Below are positions 1 through 10,035 of a stretch of 64,000 bases of DNA, piece after piece. This DNA is from Candidatus Undinarchaeota archaeon. GTDB taxonomy: Archaea > SpSt-1190 > JASMDC01. The notes under the pieces were generated by a model. That model searched no databases, was not told where the DNA came from, and worked only from the letters and a program-made list of their open reading frames with translations. A program made the position numbers and the translations under genes. Where the stretch lies: NCBI GenBank assembly GCA_964519305.1, contig CAZFHY010000005.1, forward strand, positions 96,001 through 160,000, read 5' to 3'. Position 1 is the first letter of the stretch; every line of letters starts with the position of its first letter.

Positions 1-1518
1 ACCATCTACGACGGTGTCCAACGACCTCTGCGGGTCATCCAGAAAGATACGGGGACCCCGTTCCTTCACCGCGGTGTCACCGCCTCGGCTCTCGACCGGG
101 AACGTAAATGGAAGTTCACGCCCGAACTGAAGAAAGGGGACGCGGTCAGCGGTGGCGAGGTCGTGGGCACCATCCCCGAGACCGCCGTGGTCACACACCG
201 GGTGCTCGTACCTCCCGGGCTGAGCGGTAAGGTCGCAAAGGTGTCTCCCGTCGGAGAGTACAACGTGGACGAAGTCCTCGCTGTTGTTGAGACAAAGGAC
301 GGCAAAGTGGAGGTCACCGCTGCACAGAAGTGGCCGGTGCGCACCCCACGTCCCAACTCGAAGAAGCTCGATCCATCCATCCCCCTACTCACAGGCCAGC
401 GAATCCTCGACACGTTCTTCCCTATGGCCAAGGGCGGTACAGGTGCTATCCCGGGCGGCTTCGGAACGGGAAAGACCGTCACCCAACAGCAGCTGGCCAA
501 GTGGGCCGACGCCGACATCGTCATCTACATCGGTTGTGGCGAGCGCGGGAACGAGATGACGGAAGTGCTCGACACATTCCCTGAGCTCGAGGACCCCAAG
601 TCGGGAAAGCCCCTCATGGAGCGGACAATCATCATCGCTAACACCTCCAACATGCCCGTAGCGGCCCGCGAGGCATCGGTGTATACCGGTATGACCCTCG
701 CCGAGTACTATCGCGACATGGGCTACTCGGTCGCTATCATGGCCGACTCCACCTCCCGGTGGGCAGAGGCCATGCGCGAGATCTCGGGACGTCTGGAGGA
801 GATGCCTGGCGAGGAGGGCTACCCCGCCTACCTCCCCACACGTCTTGCTCAGTTCTACGAGCGGGCCGGCCGGGTCACGACCCTCGGTGGTTCTGAGGGA
901 TCGGTGTCGGTCGTCGGTGCGGTCTCGCCGCCCGGTGGCGACTTCTCCGAGCCTGTGACCCAAGGGACCCTGCGAGTGGTCAAGGTGTTCTGGGCACTGG
1001 ACAAGTCCCTGGCCTCCCGCCGCCACTTCCCTGCCATAGGATGGCTCGACTCCTATTCGCTCTACCTTGACTCGGTCACCGATTGGTACGTCTCCAACGC
1101 CGGCGAGGGCTGGCGCGCGGCCCGCGACCGGTCCATGGCGCTCCTGCAGAAGGAGCAGTCGCTCCAGGAGATCGTCCAGCTCGTGGGACCCGATGCATTA
1201 CCAGAGAGCGAGCGTCTGGTTCTTGAGGTCACCCGGATCATCCGGGAGGACTTCCTGCAGCAGAACGCCTACCATCCTGAGGACTCGTTCTGCCCTATCG
1301 CCAAGCAGGTCGCCATGCTCCAGATCGCTCTGGCGTTCTACGATATGGCCATAAAAGCGCTAGAGACCGGCGTGTCGGTGGAACGGATCGCGACTATGAA
1401 GATCAAGGACCGCATCGCTCGGCTCAAGGAGGCGAAGAACACGACCTTCGAGGACACTGAGAACAAGGTGATGAAGGATATGCGCGAGGAGTTCGCGACC
1501 CTTGGAGGTGATGAATGA
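1..1518 (+). CDS. atpA: A/V-type ATP synthase subunit A (5'-partial; frame open from base 1)
   Basis: Frame 1 reads [10 protein letters not shown] from base 1; Walker [48 protein letters not shown]. Confidence 0.97.
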   Translation, partial: TIYDGVQRPLRVIQKDTGTPFLHRGVTASALDRERKWKFTPELKKGDAVSGGEVVGTIPETAVVTHRVLVPPGLSGKVAKVSPVGEYNVDEVLAVVETKDGKVEVTAAQKWPVRTPRPNSKKLDPSIPLLTGQRILDTFFPMAKGGTGAIPGGFGTGKTVTQQQLAKWADADIVIYIGCGERGNEMTEVLDTFPELEDPKSGKPLMERTIIIANTSNMPVAAREASVYTGMTLAEYYRDMGYSVAIMADSTSRWAEAMREISGRLEEMPGEEGYPAYLPTRLAQFYERAGRVTTLGGSEGSVSVVGAVSPPGGDFSEPVTQGTLRVVKVFWALDKSLASRRHFPAIGWLDSYSLYLDSVTDWYVSNAGEGWRAARDRSMALLQKEQSLQEIVQLVGPDALPESERLVLEVTRIIREDFLQQNAYHPEDSFCPIAKQVAMLQIALAFYDMAIKALETGVSVERIATMKIKDRIARLKEAKNTTFEDTENKVMKDMREEFATLGGDE

Positions 1519-2924
1519 TGTCGAAGGCGAGCAAACAAGTGGAATACTCCACCATTGGAGAGATCACGGGGCCCCTCCTCATCGTCAACGGTGTGCGGGG
1601 CGTGGCCTACGGTGAACTGGTGGAGATCGATACGCCCACTGGTGAGCGGCGCAAGGGCCAGGTACTGGAAGCGCGCTCGGACGCTGCTGTAGTGCAGGTG
1701 TTCGAGGGAACACGCGACCTGGATGCAAAGGCCACACGAGTGCGGTTCATCGGCGAGACCATGAAGGTGGGCCTGTCACCCGACATAGTCGGCCGTGTGT
1801 TCGACGGGACTGGAAGACCCATCGACGGGGGTCCCCCCATCATCCCTGAGACCAAGGAGGACATAAACGGTGCCCCGATCAATCCGACGGCCCGGGAGTT
1901 CCCTCAGGAGTTCATCCAGACAGGGATCTCGGCCATCGACTGCATGAACACACTGGTCCGCGGTCAGAAGCTCCCACTATTCTCCGAGGCAGGACTGCCT
2001 CATAACGAACTGGCCGCTCAGATCGCACGCCAGGCACGAGTGCCCGGTGAGGAAGAGGCATTCGCCGTGGTCTTCTGCGCTATGGGGATCACCAATGAGG
2101 AGGCCCAGTTCTTCATGAAGGACTTCGAACGGACCGGTGCCATCGAGCGGATCGTGGCCTTCATGAACCTCGCAGATGATCCTGCCATCGAGCGCATCAT
2201 CACACCCCGCATCGCGCTGACCGCAGCAGAGTACCTTGCCTACGAGCAGGATATGCACGTACTGGTCATCCGTACGGACATGACAAATTATTGTGAGGCG
2301 CTGCGTGAGATAGCTGCTGCCCGTAACGAGATCCCGGGTCGGCGCGGCTATCCCGGTTACATGTACACGGACCTGGCCATGACCTATGAACGGGCCGGGC
2401 GCATCCGGGGCCGGAAAGGCTCTGTAACCCAGATCCCGATCCTCACCATGCCTCAGGGGGACATCTCCCACCCTATCCCAGATCTTACGGGATACATCAC
2501 CGAAGGTCAGATCGTGCTCTCCAAGGAACTGCACCGCAAGGGCATCTATCCGCCCATCGACGTGCTCCCCTCCCTCTCGCGTCTCATGGACGAGGGTATC
2601 GGTAAGGACCGGACCCGCGAGGACCATAAAGGAGTGTCGGACCAGTCGTATGCGGCTTATGCCGAAGGTCGCGACCTTCGCGACCTTGTGGCGGTCGTTG
2701 GCGAGGAGGCCCTCACCTCTCGTGACAAGAGCTTCCTGCGCTTCGCGGACGGATTCGAGGGCAAGTTCGTCACCCAGCGGCGGGATGAGAACCGCACGAT
2801 CGAGCGGACGCTCACCATCGGCTGGGACCTTCTTGCGGGATTGCCCGAGAACGAGCTGAAGAAGATACCACTGGACCAGATCGCCAAGTTCCGGCCCAAG
2901 GGAGCGGAGGACGAGCAGGAGTAG
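1515..2924 (+). CDS. atpB: A/V-type ATP synthase subunit B
   Basis: [68 protein letters not shown]; overlaps atpA stop. Confidence 0.97.
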   Translation: MMSKASKQVEYSTIGEITGPLLIVNGVRGVAYGELVEIDTPTGERRKGQVLEARSDAAVVQVFEGTRDLDAKATRVRFIGETMKVGLSPDIVGRVFDGTGRPIDGGPPIIPETKEDINGAPINPTAREFPQEFIQTGISAIDCMNTLVRGQKLPLFSEAGLPHNELAAQIARQARVPGEEEAFAVVFCAMGITNEEAQFFMKDFERTGAIERIVAFMNLADDPAIERIITPRIALTAAEYLAYEQDMHVLVIRTDMTNYCEALREIAAARNEIPGRRGYPGYMYTDLAMTYERAGRIRGRKGSVTQIPILTMPQGDISHPIPDLTGYITEGQIVLSKELHRKGIYPPIDVLPSLSRLMDEGIGKDRTREDHKGVSDQSYAAYAEGRDLRDLVAVVGEEALTSRDKSFLRFADGFEGKFVTQRRDENRTIERTLTIGWDLLAGLPENELKKIPLDQIAKFRPKGAEDEQE

Positions 2925-2930
2925 TACGAT

Positions 2931-3575
2931 ATGGCGCGGCCCCTGAAAGCGACCCGGATGGAGCTACTGGCAGTCCGCAAGCGCATCACTCTGGCGCGGA
3001 AGGGGCACAAGCTCCTGAAAGAGAAGCGGGATGCTCTGATCGGGGAGTTCTTCAGTATCATCAAAGAACTCACAGCGCTCCGGGAACGGGTGGAGTCGGT
3101 CCTTGCCGATGCCCACCTGCAGCTCGGCGGTGCCATGGCCATCCATGGGCGGGAGTCCGTCGGTTCGGCAGCGCTCGCGGTATCCCGGGAGCTAGAGCTT
3201 AGAGCGGGATGGCGTCACATCATGGGCGTGCGGGTCCCCATCCTTGAGATCCTGGGGGGTACTCGGAAGACGGCCGAGGAGCGCGGGTATGGCTACATCG
3301 GTACATCTGCCCGGCTGGACACCGCCGTGGAGCGCTTCGAGGAGGCGCTGGGACTTGTCGTGGAGCTCGCCGAGGTGGAGCTCGGTGCTCGCGCGCTGGC
3401 CGAGGAGATCAACCGTACCAAGCGCAAGGTCAACGCCCTGGAGCGGGTGCTCATACCACGGATCGAGGGCGAGGCACGCCGCATCGAGATGTCCCTGGAG
3501 GAGATGGAGCGCGAGAACTTCGCTAGGCTCAAGACCATAAAACGGCGCATGGAACAGGCCGAGGCCGAAGCGTAG
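2931..3575 (+). CDS. atpD: A/V-type ATP synthase subunit D
   Basis: TRMELL..GHKLLKEKRDAL, TKRKVNALE, LEEMERENFARLK; A-B-D gene order. Confidence 0.95.
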   Translation: MARPLKATRMELLAVRKRITLARKGHKLLKEKRDALIGEFFSIIKELTALRERVESVLADAHLQLGGAMAIHGRESVGSAALAVSRELELRAGWRHIMGVRVPILEILGGTRKTAEERGYGYIGTSARLDTAVERFEEALGLVVELAEVELGARALAEEINRTKRKVNALERVLIPRIEGEARRIEMSLEEMERENFARLKTIKRRMEQAEAEA

Positions 3576-3703
3576 GTCACATATCGACTTCCCGGGATAT
3601 ACTCTGTCCGATACTTCTGCGATCATCGTGGGCGGACCGGCACTCGAGGGTCAACCTTTTATTGTTGATAATGGGATAGCGGTCAAACGGTTCGGTTGAT
3701 ACT

Positions 3704-4705
3704 ATGGCTGATAATGTTGGAGTCGCTGTCGTTGGCGTCGGTTTCGTTGGGGGACAGGCACACGTCCCCGCTTTCAAGAAGATCGAGGGCTCGAACCTCG
3801 TGGCCATTTGCGATATCGCAGAGGACCGGGTGAAGCCCCTCGCAAAGAAGTACGATGTACCGTACTACCTTGACTATGACAAGCTCCTGGAGGACGACAA
3901 GGTCGAGGCCGTGATGCTTTCGCTCCCGACCCCCCTACATTACGACATGACCATGAAGGCCATCAAGAAGGGGAAGCACGTCCTCTGTGAGATGCCGATC
4001 GCCGCGACCATCGAGCAGACGAAGGAGCTAGGTAAGGCCGCGGAAGAGGCGGGGGTCGTCCTGATGCCCAACCTCAACTTCCGGTTCGCACCCATCTACG
4101 CGAAAATCAAGGAGATGATCAAGGCCGGAAAGATTGGAAAGCCCATCGCCTTCCACTTCCGTGAGTTCATCCCAGCACCGGCATTGGCGGAGCAGTGGCC
4201 CCCCAGTTCCTGGGCCTGGAATCTTGAAAAGAGCGGGGGATATCCCGACTTCACCTTATCGGTCTGGTCTCTCGATATGTTCCGATGGTTGTTCGACAGC
4301 GAGATCGAGAGCGTTGAATGGATGCCCAGCTACCCTAAACTCGAGGTGGCAGGAGGAATCACCGGCTACAACACAATGGGCGTCATCAGGCTCTCCAACG
4401 GGATCGTGGGCAACCTGCACTACGGTGCCACCACAAACACCGCGGCCGCCGTCAGTCGGTTCGAGGTGTACGGGGACAACACTAACGTGGTCCACGCCAT
4501 CGATACCAATAAGGTCATCCTCTACGGATCCGAACCGGAGCGACAGGAATGGGACCTTGCGGTACGGGGTACGAGGGTGTGGGGGCATCGGCAGACGGAC
4601 GCACACTTCATCCAGTCCATCCTCAAAGGTAAGGTGCCCGATATCACTCTCGAGGACGCTATCAAGGTGCAGGAAATCGCGGGCAAGATCGTGGATACGT
4701 CATAG
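3704..4705 (+). CDS. Gfo/Idh/MocA family NAD(P)-dependent oxidoreductase
   Basis: N-terminal Rossmann VAVVGVGFVG, GKHVLCEMP (variant of the usual EKP), NFRFAP; substrate unknown. Confidence 0.85.
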   Translation: MADNVGVAVVGVGFVGGQAHVPAFKKIEGSNLVAICDIAEDRVKPLAKKYDVPYYLDYDKLLEDDKVEAVMLSLPTPLHYDMTMKAIKKGKHVLCEMPIAATIEQTKELGKAAEEAGVVLMPNLNFRFAPIYAKIKEMIKAGKIGKPIAFHFREFIPAPALAEQWPPSSWAWNLEKSGGYPDFTLSVWSLDMFRWLFDSEIESVEWMPSYPKLEVAGGITGYNTMGVIRLSNGIVGNLHYGATTNTAAAVSRFEVYGDNTNVVHAIDTNKVILYGSEPERQEWDLAVRGTRVWGHRQTDAHFIQSILKGKVPDITLEDAIKVQEIAGKIVDTS

Positions 4706-4851
4706 ACGTCACCAGGCGTGCGTGGCCGGTCCAGATAATAATTGGTAGTCTGCGTCCGGACTTAGTGTTTCAACTATAGGTGGGTTCCTGAGGGCCATAT
4801 ACGGACTAGGATCTCGAAGCATCAGGGCCATGAATATAACAATCGTAAAGC

Positions 4852-4899
4852 CATAACACTGTTATGATAAACATGTGCGCCGCAGCCTAGATATATTAA
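4852..4899 (+). promoter_or_regulatory. Putative cdh operon promoter: palindrome CATAACA-C-TGTTATG (4852-4866) plus TATA-like TATATTAA (4892-4899)
   Basis: Perfect 7-1-7 inverted repeat and an AT-rich TATA-like box in the 261-bp gap before cdhA. Confidence 0.5.
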
Positions 4900-4966
4900 C
4901 ATTTGCCCCTTTCCCAAACGTATACGGGAGAGATTTTTCCCGGCAACGGACGGGGGTGCACTCGGA

Positions 4967-7270
4967 ATGAGCGAGAAAGAAGAAGAAACCAAGACAGAAC
5001 TCCCTGACATGGGTCTCGGCAACATCCAGATCAATATCGGCGATCTCATCGAGGATTGGGAGGAGGAGGAAGGGCCGACGCCGTTCCCCAGCCTCGAATC
5101 CCTTCGCGAATGGGACCTCAAGTTATTGAAGAGGTACAAGCCGTTCTATATGCCTGCGTGCGATATGTGCTGCCTATGCACCATGGGGAAGTGCGACCTC
5201 CATGGGAAGAAAGGTGCGTGCGGCATCAAGGCCGACGCCCAGCAGGGGCGTATCGTCCTCATCGCCTGTTGCATCGGTACTGCAGCCCATCTGGCCCACG
5301 GCCGTCATCTTCTCAACGTGCTCCTCGAGCGGAAGGGGGCGAACACTAAGATCGACATGGGTGGACAGATCGCTATAGAAGCTCCCCTGACCAGGCTAAT
5401 CACCGGGATCAAGCCACAAAGGCTCGGGGATTTCAGGAAGGTGCTCGATTACTGTGAGGAACAGGTCCTCCACGCACTTTCCGCCACCCACACGGGGCAG
5501 GAAGGTGACGCCCTCGACTTCAACTCCAAAGCGTTCCATGTCAGCATGATCGATAATCTGGCCAAGGAAGTGGCCGACATCATCCAGATCATCGGGTTCG
5601 ACATGCCTAAGGGTGATTCCGAGGCACCTTTGGTGGACATCGGCATGGGCTCGCTCGATCCAAAGAAGCCGGTAATCCTCCTCATAGGCCACAACCTCGT
5701 GTCCGGGACCGATATATCCGACTACCTGGACAAGAACAACCTCTACGACAGCGTAGAGCTCGCGGGCATATGCTGCACCTCCCACGACGTCACACGACAC
5801 GACCACCGTGCAAAGGTCATCGGCCCCCTCTCCATGCAGCTGCGGTTCCTCAAGATGGGCGTCGCTGATGTCATCGTCATTGATGAGCAGTGCGTCCGCA
5901 CAGATGTCCTGGAGCATGCCAAGGAGACCGACACACCCTTGCTCGCAACATCCAACAAGGCCTGCTCGGGCCTCCCGGACCTTTCCAAGGAGGAGCCGGC
6001 GGTCATCATCGACAAGCTCAAGAGCGGTGAGCTCCCGGGCGCGTTCATCCCCGACTTCGCCAAGGTGGGCGAGGTGGCCGTGGAGCTGGCCCGGTACAAG
6101 TACGAACAGAGGAAGGACAAGAAGAACCGGTACCTCAAGTTCGATGTGAAGACCCTCGCTAGCAACTGCACGCAATGTCAGTTGTGTCAGCGTAACTGTC
6201 ACTTCAACAAGGATGTTCCCGCGGCCATGAAGAAGGCCGCCGAGGGGGACCTTACTGAACTCGCCAGGTTCTTTGACGAGTGTACAGGCTGCGGTAAGTG
6301 CGAGAGCGCGTGCAGCAAGGGTCTGCCCATCACCGAGATGGTGCTGGCCGCCGCTAAGGACAAGGTCGCGAACCAGCGGTCGAAGATGCGTATCGGGAGC
6401 GGACCCGTGCAAGACGTGCAGATCCGGACCGTGGGCCAGCCCATCGTGTTCGGGGAGATCCCAGGCATCATAGCGCTGGTGGGATGCCCCAACCACGAGG
6501 GCGGTAGCGCTAACGTCACGATCGCCGAGGAGTTCCTCAAGCGCAACTACATCGTGGTCGTATCCGGCTGCGCCGCTATGGATATCGCCCTCTACTCTGA
6601 CCTGTACGAGCAGTACCCGGGCGTCTTCGACAAGGGCGGCCTGGTCAACGTGGGCTCGTGTGTGGCGAACGCGCACATCCTCGGTGCTGCCGCGAAGGTG
6701 GCCGCCATCTTCGCCCACAGGAAGCTCAGGGCGAACTATGAGGAGATCGCCGATTACATCCTCAACCGTCTGGGGGCCGTGGGCATAGCCTGGGGTGCAT
6801 ACAGCCAGAAGGCAGCATCCATCGCTACGGGTGTGAACCGGATGGGCATCCCCGTGATCGTCGGGCCCCAGGGCAACATCTACCGACGCCTGATGCTCGG
6901 GGACACTGAGGATCCCGAGCGGTGGACGGTCTACAATGCTCGTGACGGCGAGGAGGTCCAGATCGATCCGTGCCCGGAGCATCTCCTGTACGTTGCTGAG
7001 ACCGTGGAGGAGACCATCGTGATGGCGTGCAAGCTCTGTATCCGGCCGAACGACACCGCCAAGGGTCGCCAGATCAAGCTCTCGCACTACATCGACCTTT
7101 CACAGAAGTACCTTGACCGGTTCCCGGACGACATCGACAAGTTCGTCCGCACCGAGCAGGACATCCCGCTCACCTACCGTGAACAGATGCTCAAGACGCT
7201 GAAGAAGAAAGGGTGGACGCGGAAGAAGACGGTCGATCCGACACTGCTGAAAAGGCTGGTGAGGGGGTGA
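4967..7270 (+). CDS. cdhA: CO dehydrogenase/acetyl-CoA synthase alpha subunit (archaeal CODH)
   Basis: CDMCCLCTMGKC, GACG, GICCT, two CxxCxxCxxxC ferredoxin motifs, VGCPN, SGC, GSCV, SQKA. Confidence 0.96.
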   Translation: MSEKEEETKTELPDMGLGNIQINIGDLIEDWEEEEGPTPFPSLESLREWDLKLLKRYKPFYMPACDMCCLCTMGKCDLHGKKGACGIKADAQQGRIVLIACCIGTAAHLAHGRHLLNVLLERKGANTKIDMGGQIAIEAPLTRLITGIKPQRLGDFRKVLDYCEEQVLHALSATHTGQEGDALDFNSKAFHVSMIDNLAKEVADIIQIIGFDMPKGDSEAPLVDIGMGSLDPKKPVILLIGHNLVSGTDISDYLDKNNLYDSVELAGICCTSHDVTRHDHRAKVIGPLSMQLRFLKMGVADVIVIDEQCVRTDVLEHAKETDTPLLATSNKACSGLPDLSKEEPAVIIDKLKSGELPGAFIPDFAKVGEVAVELARYKYEQRKDKKNRYLKFDVKTLASNCTQCQLCQRNCHFNKDVPAAMKKAAEGDLTELARFFDECTGCGKCESACSKGLPITEMVLAAAKDKVANQRSKMRIGSGPVQDVQIRTVGQPIVFGEIPGIIALVGCPNHEGGSANVTIAEEFLKRNYIVVVSGCAAMDIALYSDLYEQYPGVFDKGGLVNVGSCVANAHILGAAAKVAAIFAHRKLRANYEEIADYILNRLGAVGIAWGAYSQKAASIATGVNRMGIPVIVGPQGNIYRRLMLGDTEDPERWTVYNARDGEEVQIDPCPEHLLYVAETVEETIVMACKLCIRPNDTAKGRQIKLSHYIDLSQKYLDRFPDDIDKFVRTEQDIPLTYREQMLKTLKKKGWTRKKTVDPTLLKRLVRG

Positions 7271-7821
7271 TGGCCGTGGACAAGAAGACACAGGTCAAGG
7301 ACCCGTCATCTAAAACCTACAAACCGATCACGCGTGTCGTACAATCGGTGGAGGCCTGGAACCTCGGGAACGTCCCGGGGTCGAAACGGGCACGCCCGCT
7401 GAACGAGAAGATGGCGGGCGCGCTACTGAACAAGAAGGTCGTCATGCTCATCGGTGCACACACTGATGAAGAGCTTGCGAAAAAGCTCGTCAAGACAGCG
7501 GCGAAGCGCAAGAACGTGAAGCTGATTGGTGTGGGGAGCGGCTACAAGATCCTAAAGGGCCTTTCCAAGAAGGAGCCCGAGTACGAGGCGAACCTCTACG
7601 CATACCTTGCGCGTCTCAAGGACGATGATGATGTCCAAGTGGTGTTCATCATCGGGTTCCCGTACTACATGACATCAGCGGCATATAGTCACCTTAAGCA
7701 CTTCTCGAAGAAAATTTCGGTCAACCTCTCGCGGTTCGGCCAACCAAACGCTACCTATTCACTCGCTAACATGAGCGAAAAGAGCTGGAGAAAAATGATA
7801 GACACGATCTTGGAGGGATGA
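7270..7821 (+). CDS. cdhB: CODH/ACS epsilon subunit
   Basis: About 183 aa between cdhA and cdhC; IGFPYY..S.LKHF, QPNATYSLAN; ATG overlaps cdhA stop. Confidence 0.85.
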   Translation: MAVDKKTQVKDPSSKTYKPITRVVQSVEAWNLGNVPGSKRARPLNEKMAGALLNKKVVMLIGAHTDEELAKKLVKTAAKRKNVKLIGVGSGYKILKGLSKKEPEYEANLYAYLARLKDDDDVQVVFIIGFPYYMTSAAYSHLKHFSKKISVNLSRFGQPNATYSLANMSEKSWRKMIDTILEG

Positions 7822-7824
7822 TGA

Positions 7825-9252
7825 ATGTTCGAGGACATACCAGTTGAAGTGGGGATCGTCCACGAGGGAGAGCGGATCAGGCAACAACAGATGCACGTTG
7901 AGTTCGGTGGCCCGAAGGTCCCGAACAAGTTCGAGCTGGTCCAGATGAAAGATCCAAAGGAGGTCAAGGACGGGAAGGTGACCGTCGTCGGGAAGGACCT
8001 GGCCGATTTCAAGGTCGGTTCGAGAACTTCCTTCGCGCTCATCTTGCACACCGCCGGAAAGAAGATGGAGAAGGACTTGGAGCCCGTGCTCGAGCGGAGG
8101 ATCCACGACTTCTTCAACTACATCCAGGGCGTGATGCACCTGAACCAGCGCTACGACATCTGGATCAGGGTCAACAAGGACGACGTGAAGAAGGGCCTCA
8201 CCCTGGAGCATCTCGGTAAGATCACGATCCAGCTGATGAAGCAGGAGTTCAAGTTCATCGAGAAGATGGAGGCTTTCATCTACACCGATGAGAAGGAGAT
8301 CGAGTCGAAGATCGCCAACGCACGCGACATCTACGAAGCGCGTGATGCCCGGGCGCGGACACTGACGGACGACGAAGTGGACGAGTTCTATGGTTGTATC
8401 CTCTGCCAGTCCTTCGCACCCATCCATATCTGTGTAGTCACTCCCGAGCGGATGGCCCTGTGCGGTGCCATTTCGTGGTTCGATGCACGTGCCAGTGCGC
8501 GGATCGATCCTGAGGGCCCAAACTTCGTGATCGAGAAGGGTGAAGTTCTGGACGCGGACAAGGGACAATATTCTGGTGTGGACGAGGCCGTTGACGAGAA
8601 GTCGGGCGGCGTCACCAAAGAGATCTACCTGCACTCCATGTTCGGACTGCCCCACACATCATGCGGCTGCTTCGAGGCAATCGTGTTCTACATCCCGGAG
8701 ATCGACGGCGTCGGTCTCGTCAACCGGGAGTACATGGAGACATGTGTTAACGGTCTGAAGTTCTCCCAAATGGCTGAACAGACCGGTGGTGGCGAACAGA
8801 CCGAGGGATTCCTGGGGACGGCAGTCGAGTACTTCCGGTCCAAGAAGTTCCTCAAGGGTGATGGCGGGTGGACCCGGGTCGCCTGGATGCCCAAGGTGGT
8901 CTACGATGCCATCGGGGACTACATCCCCGAGGAGTTCAAGGACAAGATCGCTACCGAGGACGTCAAGAACCTCAAGGATCTGAAATCGTTCCTCGAGGAG
9001 AAGGAGCACCCTCTCGCTCAGGCATGGATGAAGCCGGCTGAGGAGGAGGCTCCGGTCGAAGCCCCCGCTCCAGCAGCGACCGAGATCGCGCCGGTGGCCG
9101 CCGCGCCGGGCGCGCTCATGCAGGTCCCGGCCGGTGCGCCCGTCATGACACTTCCTGCAGCGACCGTCCCGGCCGGTGGTGGTTTCAAGATCACCTTCAA
9201 GAACGCCAGGATCTACGCTGACAAGGTCATCATCCAAAAGGTGAAGGAGTAG
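7825..9252 (+). CDS. cdhC: CODH/ACS beta subunit (acetyl-CoA synthase)
   Basis: EGERIR, EPVLERRIH, FYGCILCQSFAP, LCGAISW, A-cluster PHTSCGCFE; Ala/Pro C-terminal linker. Confidence 0.96.
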   Translation: MFEDIPVEVGIVHEGERIRQQQMHVEFGGPKVPNKFELVQMKDPKEVKDGKVTVVGKDLADFKVGSRTSFALILHTAGKKMEKDLEPVLERRIHDFFNYIQGVMHLNQRYDIWIRVNKDDVKKGLTLEHLGKITIQLMKQEFKFIEKMEAFIYTDEKEIESKIANARDIYEARDARARTLTDDEVDEFYGCILCQSFAPIHICVVTPERMALCGAISWFDARASARIDPEGPNFVIEKGEVLDADKGQYSGVDEAVDEKSGGVTKEIYLHSMFGLPHTSCGCFEAIVFYIPEIDGVGLVNREYMETCVNGLKFSQMAEQTGGGEQTEGFLGTAVEYFRSKKFLKGDGGWTRVAWMPKVVYDAIGDYIPEEFKDKIATEDVKNLKDLKSFLEEKEHPLAQAWMKPAEEEAPVEAPAPAATEIAPVAAAPGALMQVPAGAPVMTLPAATVPAGGGFKITFKNARIYADKVIIQKVKE

Positions 9253-9267
9253 GACGGGTGACTGCTC

Positions 9268-10020
9268 GTGATCATCGCGGTCTCAGGTAAAGGCGGTACG
9301 GGCAAGACGTTCGTCGCCAGCGTACTGGTCACACAGCTACGCAAGACGTTCCCTGAGGCGGCAATCCTTGCCGTCGATGCCGATCCGGACGCCAACCTGG
9401 CTTTCGCCCTCGGTCTCGAGATGTCCCGCTCCATAGGGGATGTCCGTGAGCAGTTGCTGGCCGAGAAGGACAAGCTCGCCCCCAGCGTTACGAAGCGTGA
9501 GTGGTTGGACGGCCAGGTCTTCGAGGTTACAATCGAGGGGCCGAACTGTGACCTGCTCATCATGGGCAGGCCGGAGGGACGGGGGTGCTACTGCTCGGTC
9601 AACCATCTGCTGAGGAACATCATCGACAGTGCAAAGGACAGCTATGACCACGTTGTGATCGATGCCGAGGCCGGGCTCGAGCACCTGAGCAGGACGACGA
9701 CCAGGGATGTCGATACCTTGGTCGTGGTCACGGACCAATCCCTGAACTCCCTCAAGACCGCCTGTTCGATTCGCACGATGTCCAATGACCTGAAGCTCAA
9801 TGTCGGTAAGCTACTCGTCGTCGGGAACAAGATCCGTGATGGACAGGCTGATTTATTCCAATCAAAAGCCCAGGAAATGGGTCTCGATATCGACGCTATC
9901 GTCCCGTTCGACGAACACGTGACCGAGCTCGACCTAGAGGGCCGCCCCGTGGCGTCGCTCAAGGAAGGGTCGCCCGCCCTTGCGGCCGTCACTGAACTGG
10001 GAAACAGTATCTTTTCATGA
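9268..10020 (+). CDS. cooC: CooC/AcsF nickel-insertion ATPase
   Basis: Deviant Walker A GKGGTGKT, DADP, GCYC, DAEAGLEHLSR. Confidence 0.92.
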   Translation: MIIAVSGKGGTGKTFVASVLVTQLRKTFPEAAILAVDADPDANLAFALGLEMSRSIGDVREQLLAEKDKLAPSVTKREWLDGQVFEVTIEGPNCDLLIMGRPEGRGCYCSVNHLLRNIIDSAKDSYDHVVIDAEAGLEHLSRTTTRDVDTLVVVTDQSLNSLKTACSIRTMSNDLKLNVGKLLVVGNKIRDGQADLFQSKAQEMGLDIDAIVPFDEHVTELDLEGRPVASLKEGSPALAAVTELGNSIFS

Positions 10021-10035
10021 TAGGTAGTGATCACC

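Noticed and set aside
1-1518. Intein in atpA (also checked ppsA and the radical SAMs)
   Set aside because: Walker A region is contiguous, lengths are normal, and no splice motifs were seen.
4791-4831. Direct repeat AGGGCCAT x2 upstream of cdhA
   Set aside because: An 8-bp pair at a 33-bp period can arise by chance; no other support.
5396-7087. Long antisense ORFs (also 385-1026, 7759-8655, 24593-25903, 52341-53093)
   Set aside because: Shadow frames of well-supported genes, expected at high GC3; no motifs.
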